Source: a virus. Taken from it: DNA of 64,000 nt. Below are positions 25,951 through 34,707 of this stretch, in pieces (position 1 is the first letter of the stretch; each line of letters begins with the position of its first letter). The notes below the pieces were generated by a model. It saw nothing but the letters and a program-made list of their open reading frames with translations. It was not told the origin of the DNA and did no database searches. The position numbers and the translations under genes are program-made. Location of the stretch: the IMG/VR virus record IMGVR_UViG_3300046780_000733, one strand, 5' to 3'.

Positions 25951-26325
25951 ATGCCGCGACGAAAAACTCTGTCTGGACATGGATCACTGTCATGGGGCAC
26001 GGGGCAGATCGGCATCGTGGCCCCTGTGGCTCCGGCTCCGGAACCAGTCGAGGTCAAGCGGCACGGGACGCTGGAACTTTGGGTCCTCGACCAGAGATAC
26101 GAAGTATCGGTGATCCCGATTGATCCCGGAAACCCGAGCCGGGTTCAGTACATGGTTCATAAGACGGGCGGCGATAGTTACACGGTGGCCGTGGACGAAC
26201 TCGGGGTTCCCCACTGCCAGTGCGGGTCGTTCCATTTCAGGCACGAGGGGTCATCGACCACTTGCAAACACGTGAAGGCGTGCGAGACGGCAGGACTTCT
26301 CGATCTTTACTGGAGAAACGTGTGA
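25951..26325 (+). CDS. SWIM zinc-finger protein
   Basis: HCQCGSF...TCKH. Confidence 0.75.
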   Translation: MPRRKTLSGHGSLSWGTGQIGIVAPVAPAPEPVEVKRHGTLELWVLDQRYEVSVIPIDPGNPSRVQYMVHKTGGDSYTVAVDELGVPHCQCGSFHFRHEGSSTTCKHVKACETAGLLDLYWRNV

Positions 26326-26576
26326 TTGTCCACTTGACCCAAGATGACATCGACAACCAAACGCGAGGAAACTGCTTCGACTGCGGTTTATCTCGCGCTA
26401 TACGTCGCGCCACCGGAGAGCCATTCGGCGTTTCCCTTACCACGGCTTTTCTCGACGGGCATCGGTATCAACTGCCTCCGGAGGCAATCGATGCAAGGGA
26501 ACGCCTGGACCGCGACGAGGCCGTTTCACCAATGTCATTTGAGTTTCCCGATGAACCACTGGAGGCCACATGCTGA
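26322..26576 (+). CDS. Hypothetical protein (paralog of next)
   Basis: VHLTQDDID...CGLSRAIRRATG...LPP...SPMSFEF. Confidence 0.65.
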   Translation: MIVHLTQDDIDNQTRGNCFDCGLSRAIRRATGEPFGVSLTTAFLDGHRYQLPPEAIDARERLDRDEAVSPMSFEFPDEPLEATC

Positions 26577-26818
26577 TCAAAGTGACCAGAGATCACATAA
26601 TGCGAGGCGTACGTGTTTCTGTGTCAGGATGTCCGATCGGATTGGCGATCCAGGAAACAACAGGGTTTACCTACGAAGTCAGCCACTGCCACGCGCACCG
26701 CTCTGGGGATATTACCGTAGTTCGTCTTCCTCCGTCTGCCAAGAGGTTTATATCGGATTTCGATGGTGGGTGGGAAGTAAGTCCATTCGAGTTCGAGTTG
26801 CCCGTGGAGGCCACATGA
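26570..26818 (+). CDS. Hypothetical protein (paralog of previous)
   Basis: IKVTRDHI...CPIGLAIQETTG...LPP...SPFEFEL; both end EAT. Confidence 0.65.
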   Translation: MLIKVTRDHIMRGVRVSVSGCPIGLAIQETTGFTYEVSHCHAHRSGDITVVRLPPSAKRFISDFDGGWEVSPFEFELPVEAT

Positions 26819-27711
26819 GTTGGAATGTGATCACCGGGGACTGCATCAGCGTGCTGCCCACGATTTCTCCGCGGCCGATTCTGATCGTGGCCGACCCTCC
26901 TTATAACCAAAAAATCTCGTACGGCTCATATTACGACGACAACAAGACGGACTCTGACTACCTTCTGTGGTGCCATCGATGGATAGAGTCAGCGTATTCC
27001 ACTTTGGGCGACGACGGTTCATTTTGGCTTCTCTGCTCACACGAGTACGTGTCCGACATCGATGTGATCGCTCGACGAGTCGGTTTCCATCGCCGCCAGT
27101 GGATCACCTGGTTTGAGTCGTTTGGCGTAAACTGCAAGGGAAAATTCAACCGGTGCTCGCGACCACTGCTCTGGTACTCTAAGCACAAGACTGAGTTCAT
27201 CTTCAACTCGGACGCACCAGAGGTTCGCAGGCCCAGCGACCGTCAGGCCAAATATTCGGACGCCAGAGCGGCAAACGGTGGCCTCAAACTTTGGGATGAC
27301 TGCTGGGGCATCAACCCTCCCATTCCCCGCGTCTGCGGCACCTTCAAGGAACGCATCAAGGGGTTCCCCACGCAACTCCCTCTGAAACTCCTGCGTCCGA
27401 TCATCGCGGTCGCGTCGAACCCAGGAGACACTTGCCTCGATCCATTTTCAGGGTCGGCTTCTCTTGGTCACGCTTGCCTTGAACTCGGACGAAACTTCGT
27501 CGGTATCGAACTGTCTGAACAGTACGCGGAACTTTCGCGAGAAAGGCTCAGGAAGGTGGAACATGATCTACGACGACAAGGACTTGAACATCGTGAGGCT
27601 GATCGGAAAACTCATGGAGGAGCAAGGGTACTCGGCCCGCAAGTACATGCAGGCCGAGGACCTGATTGCGACGATCCGCCGGCACAAGAAAAGGTATCTC
27701 AGACACATTGA
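26815..27711 (+). CDS. DNA N6-adenine/N4-cytosine methyltransferase (beta class)
   Basis: ADPPYN precedes LDPFSGS; FPTQLP. Confidence 0.9.
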   Translation: MSWNVITGDCISVLPTISPRPILIVADPPYNQKISYGSYYDDNKTDSDYLLWCHRWIESAYSTLGDDGSFWLLCSHEYVSDIDVIARRVGFHRRQWITWFESFGVNCKGKFNRCSRPLLWYSKHKTEFIFNSDAPEVRRPSDRQAKYSDARAANGGLKLWDDCWGINPPIPRVCGTFKERIKGFPTQLPLKLLRPIIAVASNPGDTCLDPFSGSASLGHACLELGRNFVGIELSEQYAELSRERLRKVEHDLRRQGLEHREADRKTHGGARVLGPQVHAGRGPDCDDPPAQEKVSQTH

Positions 27712-28153
27712 TCAACTCGTCAGGGTCATCCACGAGCGAGACATCAGGATTGATGCGCTACAGAAACAAATACCATCGACTGCAACCGCGCAGGAGATTG
27801 AACTCCTGAAGTCGGAACTCATGTGTCGCGACCAGGTCATCAAGGGATACAGAGAGCAAATCGGCCAACTCCAGCGGAACATTGATGCCCTTGAGAGTCA
27901 GAATACCCTATCCAACAGACTCATTGCGTCGTATGTGTCCGAAATCAACAGGAATCATGCCCAGCTAGAAAACCAGGCCGAGACGATCCGCGAGTTCCAG
28001 GAGCAACCGGTGCCGCTCGCCACCAACGACCAGATCTTTGCACTCCGTCAGGATCTAGACAGGATGCGCAAGACCATCGAGGACAGCCTCGACAAGATGA
28101 ACGACGTCCACGATGACCTCTTTTCAACACTCGCCCAGGAGACTAACAAGTGA
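27563..28153 (+). CDS. Coiled-coil protein
   Basis: Heptad-rich; RBS AGGTGG. Confidence 0.65.
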   Translation: MIYDDKDLNIVRLIGKLMEEQGYSARKYMQAEDLIATIRRHKKRYLRHIDQLVRVIHERDIRIDALQKQIPSTATAQEIELLKSELMCRDQVIKGYREQIGQLQRNIDALESQNTLSNRLIASYVSEINRNHAQLENQAETIREFQEQPVPLATNDQIFALRQDLDRMRKTIEDSLDKMNDVHDDLFSTLAQETNK

Positions 28154-28713
28154 AGGCAGCAATCCAATCCATCGACAGATTCAGCACGGGACAGATCGCC
28201 AAGATGACCAATGTGGCACCAAGAACGGTGTCTAAATGGATCGACTCCGGGCGACTCGTCGGATACCGGATACCCGGCGGCAAAGATCGAAGGGTCATGC
28301 GCGCCGATCTAGAAGCGTTCAGCCGGACGCATGGAATTCCACTCGCCGGGCTCGAACCCACGAAGCCAAAGAACAATGTGCTCTGTGTCGGCGTGCGACG
28401 AAGCGCGAAACTCCTGGAAATCCTAAACGATCTGTCCTGCAAGTACACCTTTACATTCTCGCTGGTTACTGCTGGCATGATTATGGCCGTCGAGAAGCCG
28501 ACAGTGGTCATCGTTGACACCGCCATCGGACGCATCGACTCCGTGGTCGTCGGAGACTCGGTTCGCGGGTGCGAGATGTGCCGTGATGCCAAACTGGTCG
28601 CGATCGTACACTCCGAGGATCACGGAATCGGGAAACCATTCCAGTTCTTCCTTCACGAAAACTTTGGCCACTCCGAGATCCGCGAGATCCTGTCTCGCAA
28701 GGAGACGTCATGA
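28150..28713 (+). CDS. Excisionase-type HTH fused to degenerate receiver domain
   Basis: FSTGQIAKMTNVAPRTVSKWIDSGRLVGYRIPGGKDRRV; KPTVVIVD. Confidence 0.85.
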   Translation: MKAAIQSIDRFSTGQIAKMTNVAPRTVSKWIDSGRLVGYRIPGGKDRRVMRADLEAFSRTHGIPLAGLEPTKPKNNVLCVGVRRSAKLLEILNDLSCKYTFTFSLVTAGMIMAVEKPTVVIVDTAIGRIDSVVVGDSVRGCEMCRDAKLVAIVHSEDHGIGKPFQFFLHENFGHSEIREILSRKETS

Positions 28714-29270
28714 GTACACAGGTGCCCAAGTCGAAAGCCATCGAGGCTTGGCATTTCCTACCTTCGGACGGATGCTTTCAGCACAAGCACAACGGAAACC
28801 GGGGACCGCGCGTAGAACCCGGGCTGATCCTTAGCGTCACTCCTCCGCCCATTATCTGTGAGCACGGACTTCACGCCAGCAGGAGGGCGATCGATGCCCT
28901 GAAATACGCGCCAGGATCAATCATCTGCCGCGTGCTGTGCTGGGGAGAGATCATCGAGGAACACAACGACAAACTGTGCGCCGAACACAGGAAAGTTTTG
29001 TGGCTCGAAGACTGTGACGACGCGCTTGGCGAGTTCGGTTGCATCGTCGCCGAACAGTCGCTGGATTTGGTCGCCAGCAAGGGATTTCACATAGACGAAA
29101 GATCTCGTCAAGCCATCTCAGTCAAGAGAAAATGGATCGCTGGAACGGCAACACAAGAGGAATTGCATGCCGCCAGGAGTGCCGCCGATGCCGCCAGGAG
29201 TGCCGCCGAGAGTGCCCAAAACGATGTGCTCGAATCTCTGTTGTTTGCCCTTAACAAGGAGTCATCATGA
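28710..29270 (+). CDS. Conserved phage protein with short Ala-rich repeat
   Basis: CEHGLHAS...DALKYA...DKLCA; AARSAADAARSAAESA. Confidence 0.7.
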   Translation: MSTQVPKSKAIEAWHFLPSDGCFQHKHNGNRGPRVEPGLILSVTPPPIICEHGLHASRRAIDALKYAPGSIICRVLCWGEIIEEHNDKLCAEHRKVLWLEDCDDALGEFGCIVAEQSLDLVASKGFHIDERSRQAISVKRKWIAGTATQEELHAARSAADAARSAAESAQNDVLESLLFALNKESS

Positions 29271-29764
29271 AGGTTTATGTTCGCTGGGGGCTACGGCGCG
29301 ACATGCCCGAGGTTCTGGCCATCGAGCACGCCAGTTTTGAGTTTCCCTGGTGCGAGGAAGAGTTCCTCCGGGTCCTACGCCAGCGCAACTGTATTCCCAT
29401 GGTCGCCGAGTGTGGCGAGCGGATCGTCGGATTCATGATCTACGAGCTGCATCGTAATCGCATTCATGTTCTCGACTTCGCCACACACCCCGAATTTCTC
29501 CGCCACGGCGTGGGACGCCAGATGGTCTCGAAGCTGGTTGGCAAACTGTCAGCACAGCGCAGGAAGAGACTCGTCCTGACATTGCGTGAGTCGAACCTTC
29601 CGGCCCAACTGTTCTTCCGCGTCGTCGGCTTTCGTGCCGTAGAAGTCGTCCGAGGCTACTACGAGGACAGCGGCGAAGACGGGTATCGCATGGCGTATAG
29701 TCTCGATGAGTCCTATGGAGAATTCACCCAGTCCAATCGCATCATCAAGCAACTCGAATCATGA
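29267..29764 (+). CDS. rimI: RimI-like GNAT N-acetyltransferase
   Basis: DMPEVLAIEHASFEFPW, HPEFLRHGVGRQM, LRESNLPAQLFF, GYYEDSGEDGY. Confidence 0.9.
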   Translation: MKVYVRWGLRRDMPEVLAIEHASFEFPWCEEEFLRVLRQRNCIPMVAECGERIVGFMIYELHRNRIHVLDFATHPEFLRHGVGRQMVSKLVGKLSAQRRKRLVLTLRESNLPAQLFFRVVGFRAVEVVRGYYEDSGEDGYRMAYSLDESYGEFTQSNRIIKQLES

Positions 29765-29827
29765 GGAGGACGACACAGTGACTGAGATGTGGTTGATCCT
29801 GTGGGTAAGATTCGCGTGGGAGCGATA

Positions 29828-30184
29828 ATGACTCCTCAGCAAGAGCAAGCCATCTTGGCCGAGATCTCCGCCACCGAGGGCAAAGGCCAGCATAAGATGA
29901 TGGCCGCGTACTACCTGCTGTTCGGGAAGAACGAGGGGCGAGCCCGCTATAGCGCGTTTTGCATCAGCAAGAGGGGATGGATTCATCACCTTGTCTTCTT
30001 TGTCAATCAAGACAGGTGGGCCAACATGGCGCATCGCAACGAGGCTCTCTGCCCATGGTGCCAGACTCAGGGCGATGTCACTGGAATCAGGGCGATCATG
30101 GAGCCGGAGATCTTCGACATCGACACTCATCAGATCGTGTTCTATGTCGAGACATGGGCATACCGCTTCGACGAGCGCAAATAA
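29828..30184 (+). CDS. Hypothetical protein
   Basis: RBS GGGAG; CPWC. Confidence 0.55.
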   Translation: MTPQQEQAILAEISATEGKGQHKMMAAYYLLFGKNEGRARYSAFCISKRGWIHHLVFFVNQDRWANMAHRNEALCPWCQTQGDVTGIRAIMEPEIFDIDTHQIVFYVETWAYRFDERK

Positions 30185-30295
30185 AACCCCGCACCATAGC
30201 GCGAGGCCATGGCACGGGGACGAGAACCCGGCCCAACAACGTCACCGCCATTACGCCGAGCACCTGCCGGGGAACCAACCCAGCAGGTGTTTCCA

Positions 30296-31168
30296 TTATC
30301 GCAGCCGCGACGCCTGTGTCAAGGCTTGTCTGATCGCGGCGGCGAAATCCTTCCTTGAAGCGTTGGCCTTGGACAATGTCACCTCGACGGTTCCGTTCTC
30401 CACGTCGTAGGCAACCTTGGACGTTCTGGCGAGACTCTTGCGTCCGAGAGCCGCGGTCTCGGCGACGATCTGTTCGGTCCCACCCCCCTGCTCTGCCAGT
30501 TTCTCAGCTATCTCGGGTTCCACGCGGGCCAATGCAACGCCGGCCTGGACGGAGATCTTGCCCTGGGCGACCTTACGCTGCACAGACTTCGGCGCCTCAA
30601 GCAGGCTCAACATCCTAGACACATGCCCCTTGGAGAGCCCGAGTTCCTGAGCCAGATGGTCCTGGGTCCAGTTGGTCATGTCCAAGAGTCGTCGCATCCC
30701 GGCGGCTTGCTCGATCGCGGTCAGGTCGGCGCGGAGGCAGTTCTCGACGAGCTGGTCACAGAGGTCATCGTCGTCGCCTCGGTTCGACACCTCGATCACT
30801 GGGATCGTCGCCATCCCCAGTAACCCAGCGGCTCGCCATCGGCGTTCGCCAGAGACGATCACCCACGCGTTCTTCACGTCGTCAAACCTGACCCGGATCG
30901 GCTGCAAGACCCCGCGCGACTTGATCGACTCGGCGAGCCGATGGGTCGCCTCGGAGTCGAACTCCTTCCGAGGCTGCGAGGGATCGGGGATCACCCGAGA
31001 AACCGGCACTTGCATCGCCCCCGGCAGGCGCGACGTGTCCTTGAGCCTATCCTGTACGTTGGGACGGATCTTGATCGCGGCCCGGTTCTCTCGTGTGTCA
31101 TCGCGCATCGACTCATCGATGTGGTCACCGTACTGCAACCTCAGTCTCGCTGACTTTGTCGAACTCAT
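30296..31168 (-). CDS. parB: ParB/Spo0J partition protein
   Basis: PDPSQPRK, LAESIKSRGVLQPI, SGERRWRAA, LVENCLRADL, HTH. Confidence 0.93.
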   Translation of the reverse strand: MSSTKSARLRLQYGDHIDESMRDDTRENRAAIKIRPNVQDRLKDTSRLPGAMQVPVSRVIPDPSQPRKEFDSEATHRLAESIKSRGVLQPIRVRFDDVKNAWVIVSGERRWRAAGLLGMATIPVIEVSNRGDDDDLCDQLVENCLRADLTAIEQAAGMRRLLDMTNWTQDHLAQELGLSKGHVSRMLSLLEAPKSVQRKVAQGKISVQAGVALARVEPEIAEKLAEQGGGTEQIVAETAALGRKSLARTSKVAYDVENGTVEVTLSKANASRKDFAAAIRQALTQASRLR

Positions 31169-31956
31169 GCCGCCACCACCCCTATCGCCAATCTTTGCTG
31201 GATCTCGTCGGCCAGCGATTCAAACACTTTACCAGCCGGCGATCGTGGACGGAAGTGAGAGATCGGCTTCCTGGCCGCCACCGCTTCTTTGTACGCGCTG
31301 AGCAGCGGGACACGGGTCGAGAACACGAGTCCACCGTAGATCTCGGTGAGGCGGTCGGCGTAGGCGTGGTGGATGGAGAGACGCTGATCGAACAAGGAAA
31401 GCAGATACCCAAGAACCAACGGTGACCCGTGCTCGATTGCCACGGATCGGATTGCCCGGCCCACAGCAACCAACCCCTGGGCACCGAAATCTTCCGGAGC
31501 AAGCGGGACCACAACATGATCTGCTGCGCGGATCGCCGCGTAGGTGCAGAGATGAAGATTGGGCGGCGTGTCGATGATGCAGAAATCGAAGTCGCTGTGG
31601 ATCTCCTGGAGCACCGAACGGATCGACTCCGTACGCTGCCCCCACTGATCCCTTGGGAGCATGTTAGATGTGGCGGCGTCCTGGTGGCCTGGAATGAGCC
31701 ACAGGCGGCTCATGTGTGCTGGGGCTATGATTCGCTCAGGCAGCGGATCTGACTCGTAGCAGGCGGCCACAGAGGCTTCAGGATCAAGGTCGCGGAACGC
31801 CGCAGGACCGAACAGACCTTGGGTGAGCGATCCCTGGGGATCTGCATCAACCCAAAGAACGCGGGAGCCACGCGCTGCCAGCGTGCCGCCGATGTGGAAC
31901 GTGGTGCTCGTCTTGGCGCTGCCGCCCTTGAGATTCACAACGGCTATCGTCTGCAT
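31165..31956 (-). CDS. parA: ParA partition ATPase
   Basis: NLKGGSAKTST, VDADPQGSLT, IIDTPP. Confidence 0.93.
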   Translation of the reverse strand: MQTIAVVNLKGGSAKTSTTFHIGGTLAARGSRVLWVDADPQGSLTQGLFGPAAFRDLDPEASVAACYESDPLPERIIAPAHMSRLWLIPGHQDAATSNMLPRDQWGQRTESIRSVLQEIHSDFDFCIIDTPPNLHLCTYAAIRAADHVVVPLAPEDFGAQGLVAVGRAIRSVAIEHGSPLVLGYLLSLFDQRLSIHHAYADRLTEIYGGLVFSTRVPLLSAYKEAVAARKPISHFRPRSPAGKVFESLADEIQQRLAIGVVAA

Positions 31957-32015
31957 CCCTGCCCTCCGATCCACGGACTTACCTGTCTTAGGATCGGCAG
32001 GACTGGGCAGGAACT

Positions 32016-32411
32016 TTACTCGGACGGGGGACTGAACGATCTGGCGTCGGCAAAACATTCACTCACACGTTGTGGCGACGGGGAAGGCTCGAACTCGGCC
32101 TTGAGTTTCAGGTACTGCTCATGCCTGGCCATTCGGCTCGCCTCCAGTTCCCTGGCCTCCCTGGAATCTCGGCACGCCTGGACCTCTTCCTTGGTGAAGA
32201 ATCCATCGTCAACGAGCCACTTGTTCTCGATGGCGTCATAGACCTTGAAATTGAATCCGTCTTCGACGAACGCGCCTTCACTCCAATTCGGAGAAGCGCT
32301 CAGGCGAACGTACGTTCCGTCGTCGAAAACAAACACCACTTCGTCTACTGGCTCGCGGACAGACTTGATCGTCTTGCCGGCACAATCCTCGAAGTCGATC
32401 CTCTTGAACAC
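32016..32411 (-). CDS. Hypothetical phage protein
   Basis: RBS AAGGAG. Confidence 0.6.
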   Translation of the reverse strand: MFKRIDFEDCAGKTIKSVREPVDEVVFVFDDGTYVRLSASPNWSEGAFVEDGFNFKVYDAIENKWLVDDGFFTKEEVQACRDSREARELEASRMARHEQYLKLKAEFEPSPSPQRVSECFADARSFSPPSE

Positions 32412-32439
32412 ATCTGTCTCCTTTGCAGCGATAAAACCA

Positions 32440-32555
32440 GCGGGCTCACGCTCAGCCAGGGGAAACCCTTGGGACTCCTGGCCTTGTTACCGGTCGGCCA
32501 ATTGCTTGTTTATAGCAGGTTGGTTACTGCTGCCGCCAGATCAGCGTGAGCCCGC
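32440..32555. other. Structured intergenic element closed by a 13-bp perfect inverted repeat
   Basis: GCGGGCTCACGCT/AGCGTGAGCCCGC enclosing two internal hairpins. Confidence 0.6.
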
Positions 32556-32566
32556 CGATGTCTGCG

Positions 32567-32938
32567 TTATCCGAGTTTCAGTTTCTCGATCGCCTCTCCG
32601 ACGCTCTTGACGCGAGTCAGCCAATTATCGAACATCATGTAGCTCTGGCTGAGCCCGATCGCCACCACGGGCTTGCCGCGGCCCAGGGCGAAGCCGACGT
32701 GGATACCCTGGGTGAAACTCACCATGGGACCTACGGTGTGGGAGACGACTGCCTCGGAGTCATCGATGTGCTGGAACGATCGATGCGCGGAGACGGCGCG
32801 GTCCAGGTCGGTGCGGCCGACGTCATCGACGGGTTCCTTGTCGTTCCAATCAGAGACGATCTCATGGCCGGAGGCGGTTAGAGCATCGATGGTCTTGCTG
32901 GCGACCATGTAATCGTTAGCGGTGACAAAAATCTTCAA
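32567..32938 (-). CDS. Nucleoside 2-deoxyribosyltransferase-like protein (degenerate)
   Basis: L..SGHEIVSDW, IDDSEAVV, GFALGRGKPVVAIG. Confidence 0.55.
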   Translation of the reverse strand: MKIFVTANDYMVASKTIDALTASGHEIVSDWNDKEPVDDVGRTDLDRAVSAHRSFQHIDDSEAVVSHTVGPMVSFTQGIHVGFALGRGKPVVAIGLSQSYMMFDNWLTRVKSVGEAIEKLKLG

Positions 32939-32951
32939 CGGCGTTCTCCTG

Positions 32952-33230
32952 TCAGTAAGTCCGACCACTGATGCCGCCACATCGGCGCATCAACCGCATC
33001 GAGAATCCCGGGGCAGCGACGACGTAATCGGTTGGACCAACTCGACGGCTCTCGATGAAACCTTCGCGGAGCGTGGTCAGCCATAGTTGTTCGCCGATCT
33101 CAGTCTTGGCGATGACCTCGATCCTGTCCACCACGTAGTGTCCGGTCACGAAATCTAGGCCCATGAATGCCAATGCACCCACGGTGTCGAAGAAGATGAT
33201 CATTGCGACCAAGAGTAGTTCGCGCTTCAT
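32952..33230 (-). CDS. Membrane protein
   Basis: N-terminal TM helix. Confidence 0.5.
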   Translation of the reverse strand: MKRELLLVAMIIFFDTVGALAFMGLDFVTGHYVVDRIEVIAKTEIGEQLWLTTLREGFIESRRVGPTDYVVAAPGFSMRLMRRCGGISGRTY

Positions 33231-33452
33231 GGCCTGAGCACCTCGTCGGCTATCGCCGCCAGCCCGATCATGGAACCGACGACCATCAAAGACACGCCGA
33301 TAGCAGTCCACACCCCGCAGGTTCCAGCGATCAATCCGCTCCCAGCAACCATCACCACGACACACAGAGTATTCATGCGCGGCCTCCTCAGTTGATCACG
33401 TAGCCGCGATCTTCAAGATGCTTGGTCACGTCCACCATCTCCTTGGACACGA

Positions 33453-33950
33453 TTAGCAGATCGAGAACCCACTCGATTCGAGAGCCGGGTGAATCTCTTC
33501 CATCATCCTCATGTTTACCTGGTTCTTGACCGACTCGTGGTACTCACCCTCATCCACCGGGTCCTTGTAATCTGGCGTGCCAGGAGCAACGCAGCCTGGA
33601 CTGCGAAGCATGCCGCGATTGAGTTCGGGCCACATCGCCTCCGAGTGCATCGAGGCGAACAGTCCCCATGCGGCGTGAGCCAAGTGATCCTCGGATCGGT
33701 CACCCGAGAGATACTCGTAGCAGTGGCGGATTGTTCGGTTGATGCAATCGGAAATAGCCATCCCTTTTTCCCAGTTCGCCCTTCCTCGCTTCTCTGCTCC
33801 CTCTGCGTACGTCTTGGCCAACCTCTTGAGGCCGATCGGCGAGATCAACTCGAAACGCTCGTCCTCGCCGTCAGCCGACCTCGACGCTCCTGTCGCATAA
33901 ACCGTCGTATTGGAGACCCTGTCCACCGTCTGAACTGTTCCTCTGCTCAC
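33453..33950 (-). CDS. dATP/dGTP diphosphohydrolase (DUF5664-like)
   Basis: RFELIS, GAEKRG..NWEKG, RH, EDHLAHAAW. Confidence 0.85.
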   Translation of the reverse strand: MSRGTVQTVDRVSNTTVYATGASRSADGEDERFELISPIGLKRLAKTYAEGAEKRGRANWEKGMAISDCINRTIRHCYEYLSGDRSEDHLAHAAWGLFASMHSEAMWPELNRGMLRSPGCVAPGTPDYKDPVDEGEYHESVKNQVNMRMMEEIHPALESSGFSIC

Positions 33951-34707
33951 GGTCGCTTCTCCCGAGGTAGTCTATGGCATCTCTGAGACAACAAATGCTG
34001 TCTCCGAATGCCCCAAGGCCAACATTGCACCTGACACAAAGAATCCCCCTTACCCTTCCAGTCTCGTGGTCGTGATCGACTGCTGGTCGGAGCGAGCAGT
34101 TACTGTCGCTGCAACTCAAGTTCCTCTTGCAGATCTCGCAGCAGCCATTGGACCGCTCAAGCATATCATCGTAATCCTGAACAGTGATTCCATATCGCTT
34201 GACTAGATTCCATTTCCTGCGATAGACTGCCATCTTCTCTTTGTAATCTGGCCTCCCCCTGTACTCTTTATGCTTCTGAGCAATCAACTCTTTGTGCTTG
34301 TCGTAGTACCTTCTCTTGGATCGGCGAAGCAGATCTGGGTTCGTGCCCTTCTTCTTGGATACCCTGTCGCCAACACAGTCTTTGCAAATAGCGCTTCTGC
34401 CAGTCCAGTTTTTCTTCCTTGCGTAGAAACAATAGGCCGGCTTCTCCAGGGCGCATGTTTTGCAAACAATGAATTCCGGCAAAACCTCTGGCCGTTGAAT
34501 CCTGTTGTTCTCCCTAAGCGTATCGCGCCTCTGGCATCCGCAAGACCCCGTGGCTCCGGTTCTCAGTGAGGCACCGAGAACGACACACTGTTTGCCGCAG
34601 TCGCAAGTGCAATCCCACGTGATCTGGCGGTGCTTGTTTCTTCCATGAATTCCCGCCACAAGCAGCTTATTGAACCGCTTGCCGGTCATATCAACTATTG
34701 CCGACAC
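33871..34707 (-). CDS. Endonuclease VII-domain homing endonuclease
   Basis: CEIC...AVDHDHETGRVRGILCVRCNVGLG..D. Confidence 0.9.
   Translation of the reverse strand: MSAIVDMTGKRFNKLLVAGIHGRNKHRQITWDCTCDCGKQCVVLGASLRTGATGSCGCQRRDTLRENNRIQRPEVLPEFIVCKTCALEKPAYCFYARKKNWTGRSAICKDCVGDRVSKKKGTNPDLLRRSKRRYYDKHKELIAQKHKEYRGRPDYKEKMAVYRRKWNLVKRYGITVQDYDDMLERSNGCCEICKRNLSCSDSNCSLRPAVDHDHETGRVRGILCVRCNVGLGAFGDSICCLRDAIDYLGRSDREQRNSSDGGQGLQYDGLCDRSVEVG

Noticed and set aside
26344-26814. N-terminal extensions given by the ORF track (MTases, parA, dnaN, GTs, sigma factors)
   Set aside because: They overlap upstream genes or promoters; downstream starts with RBS were used instead
29168-29217. Short GCCGCCAGGAGTGCCGCCGA tandem repeat
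   Set aside because: Coding Ala-rich repeat common in this phage protein type
32440-32555. Twister ribozyme (GUCCCAAG and GGUAACAAG on minus strand)
   Set aside because: Conserved CAAGC and the pseudoknot partners could not be found
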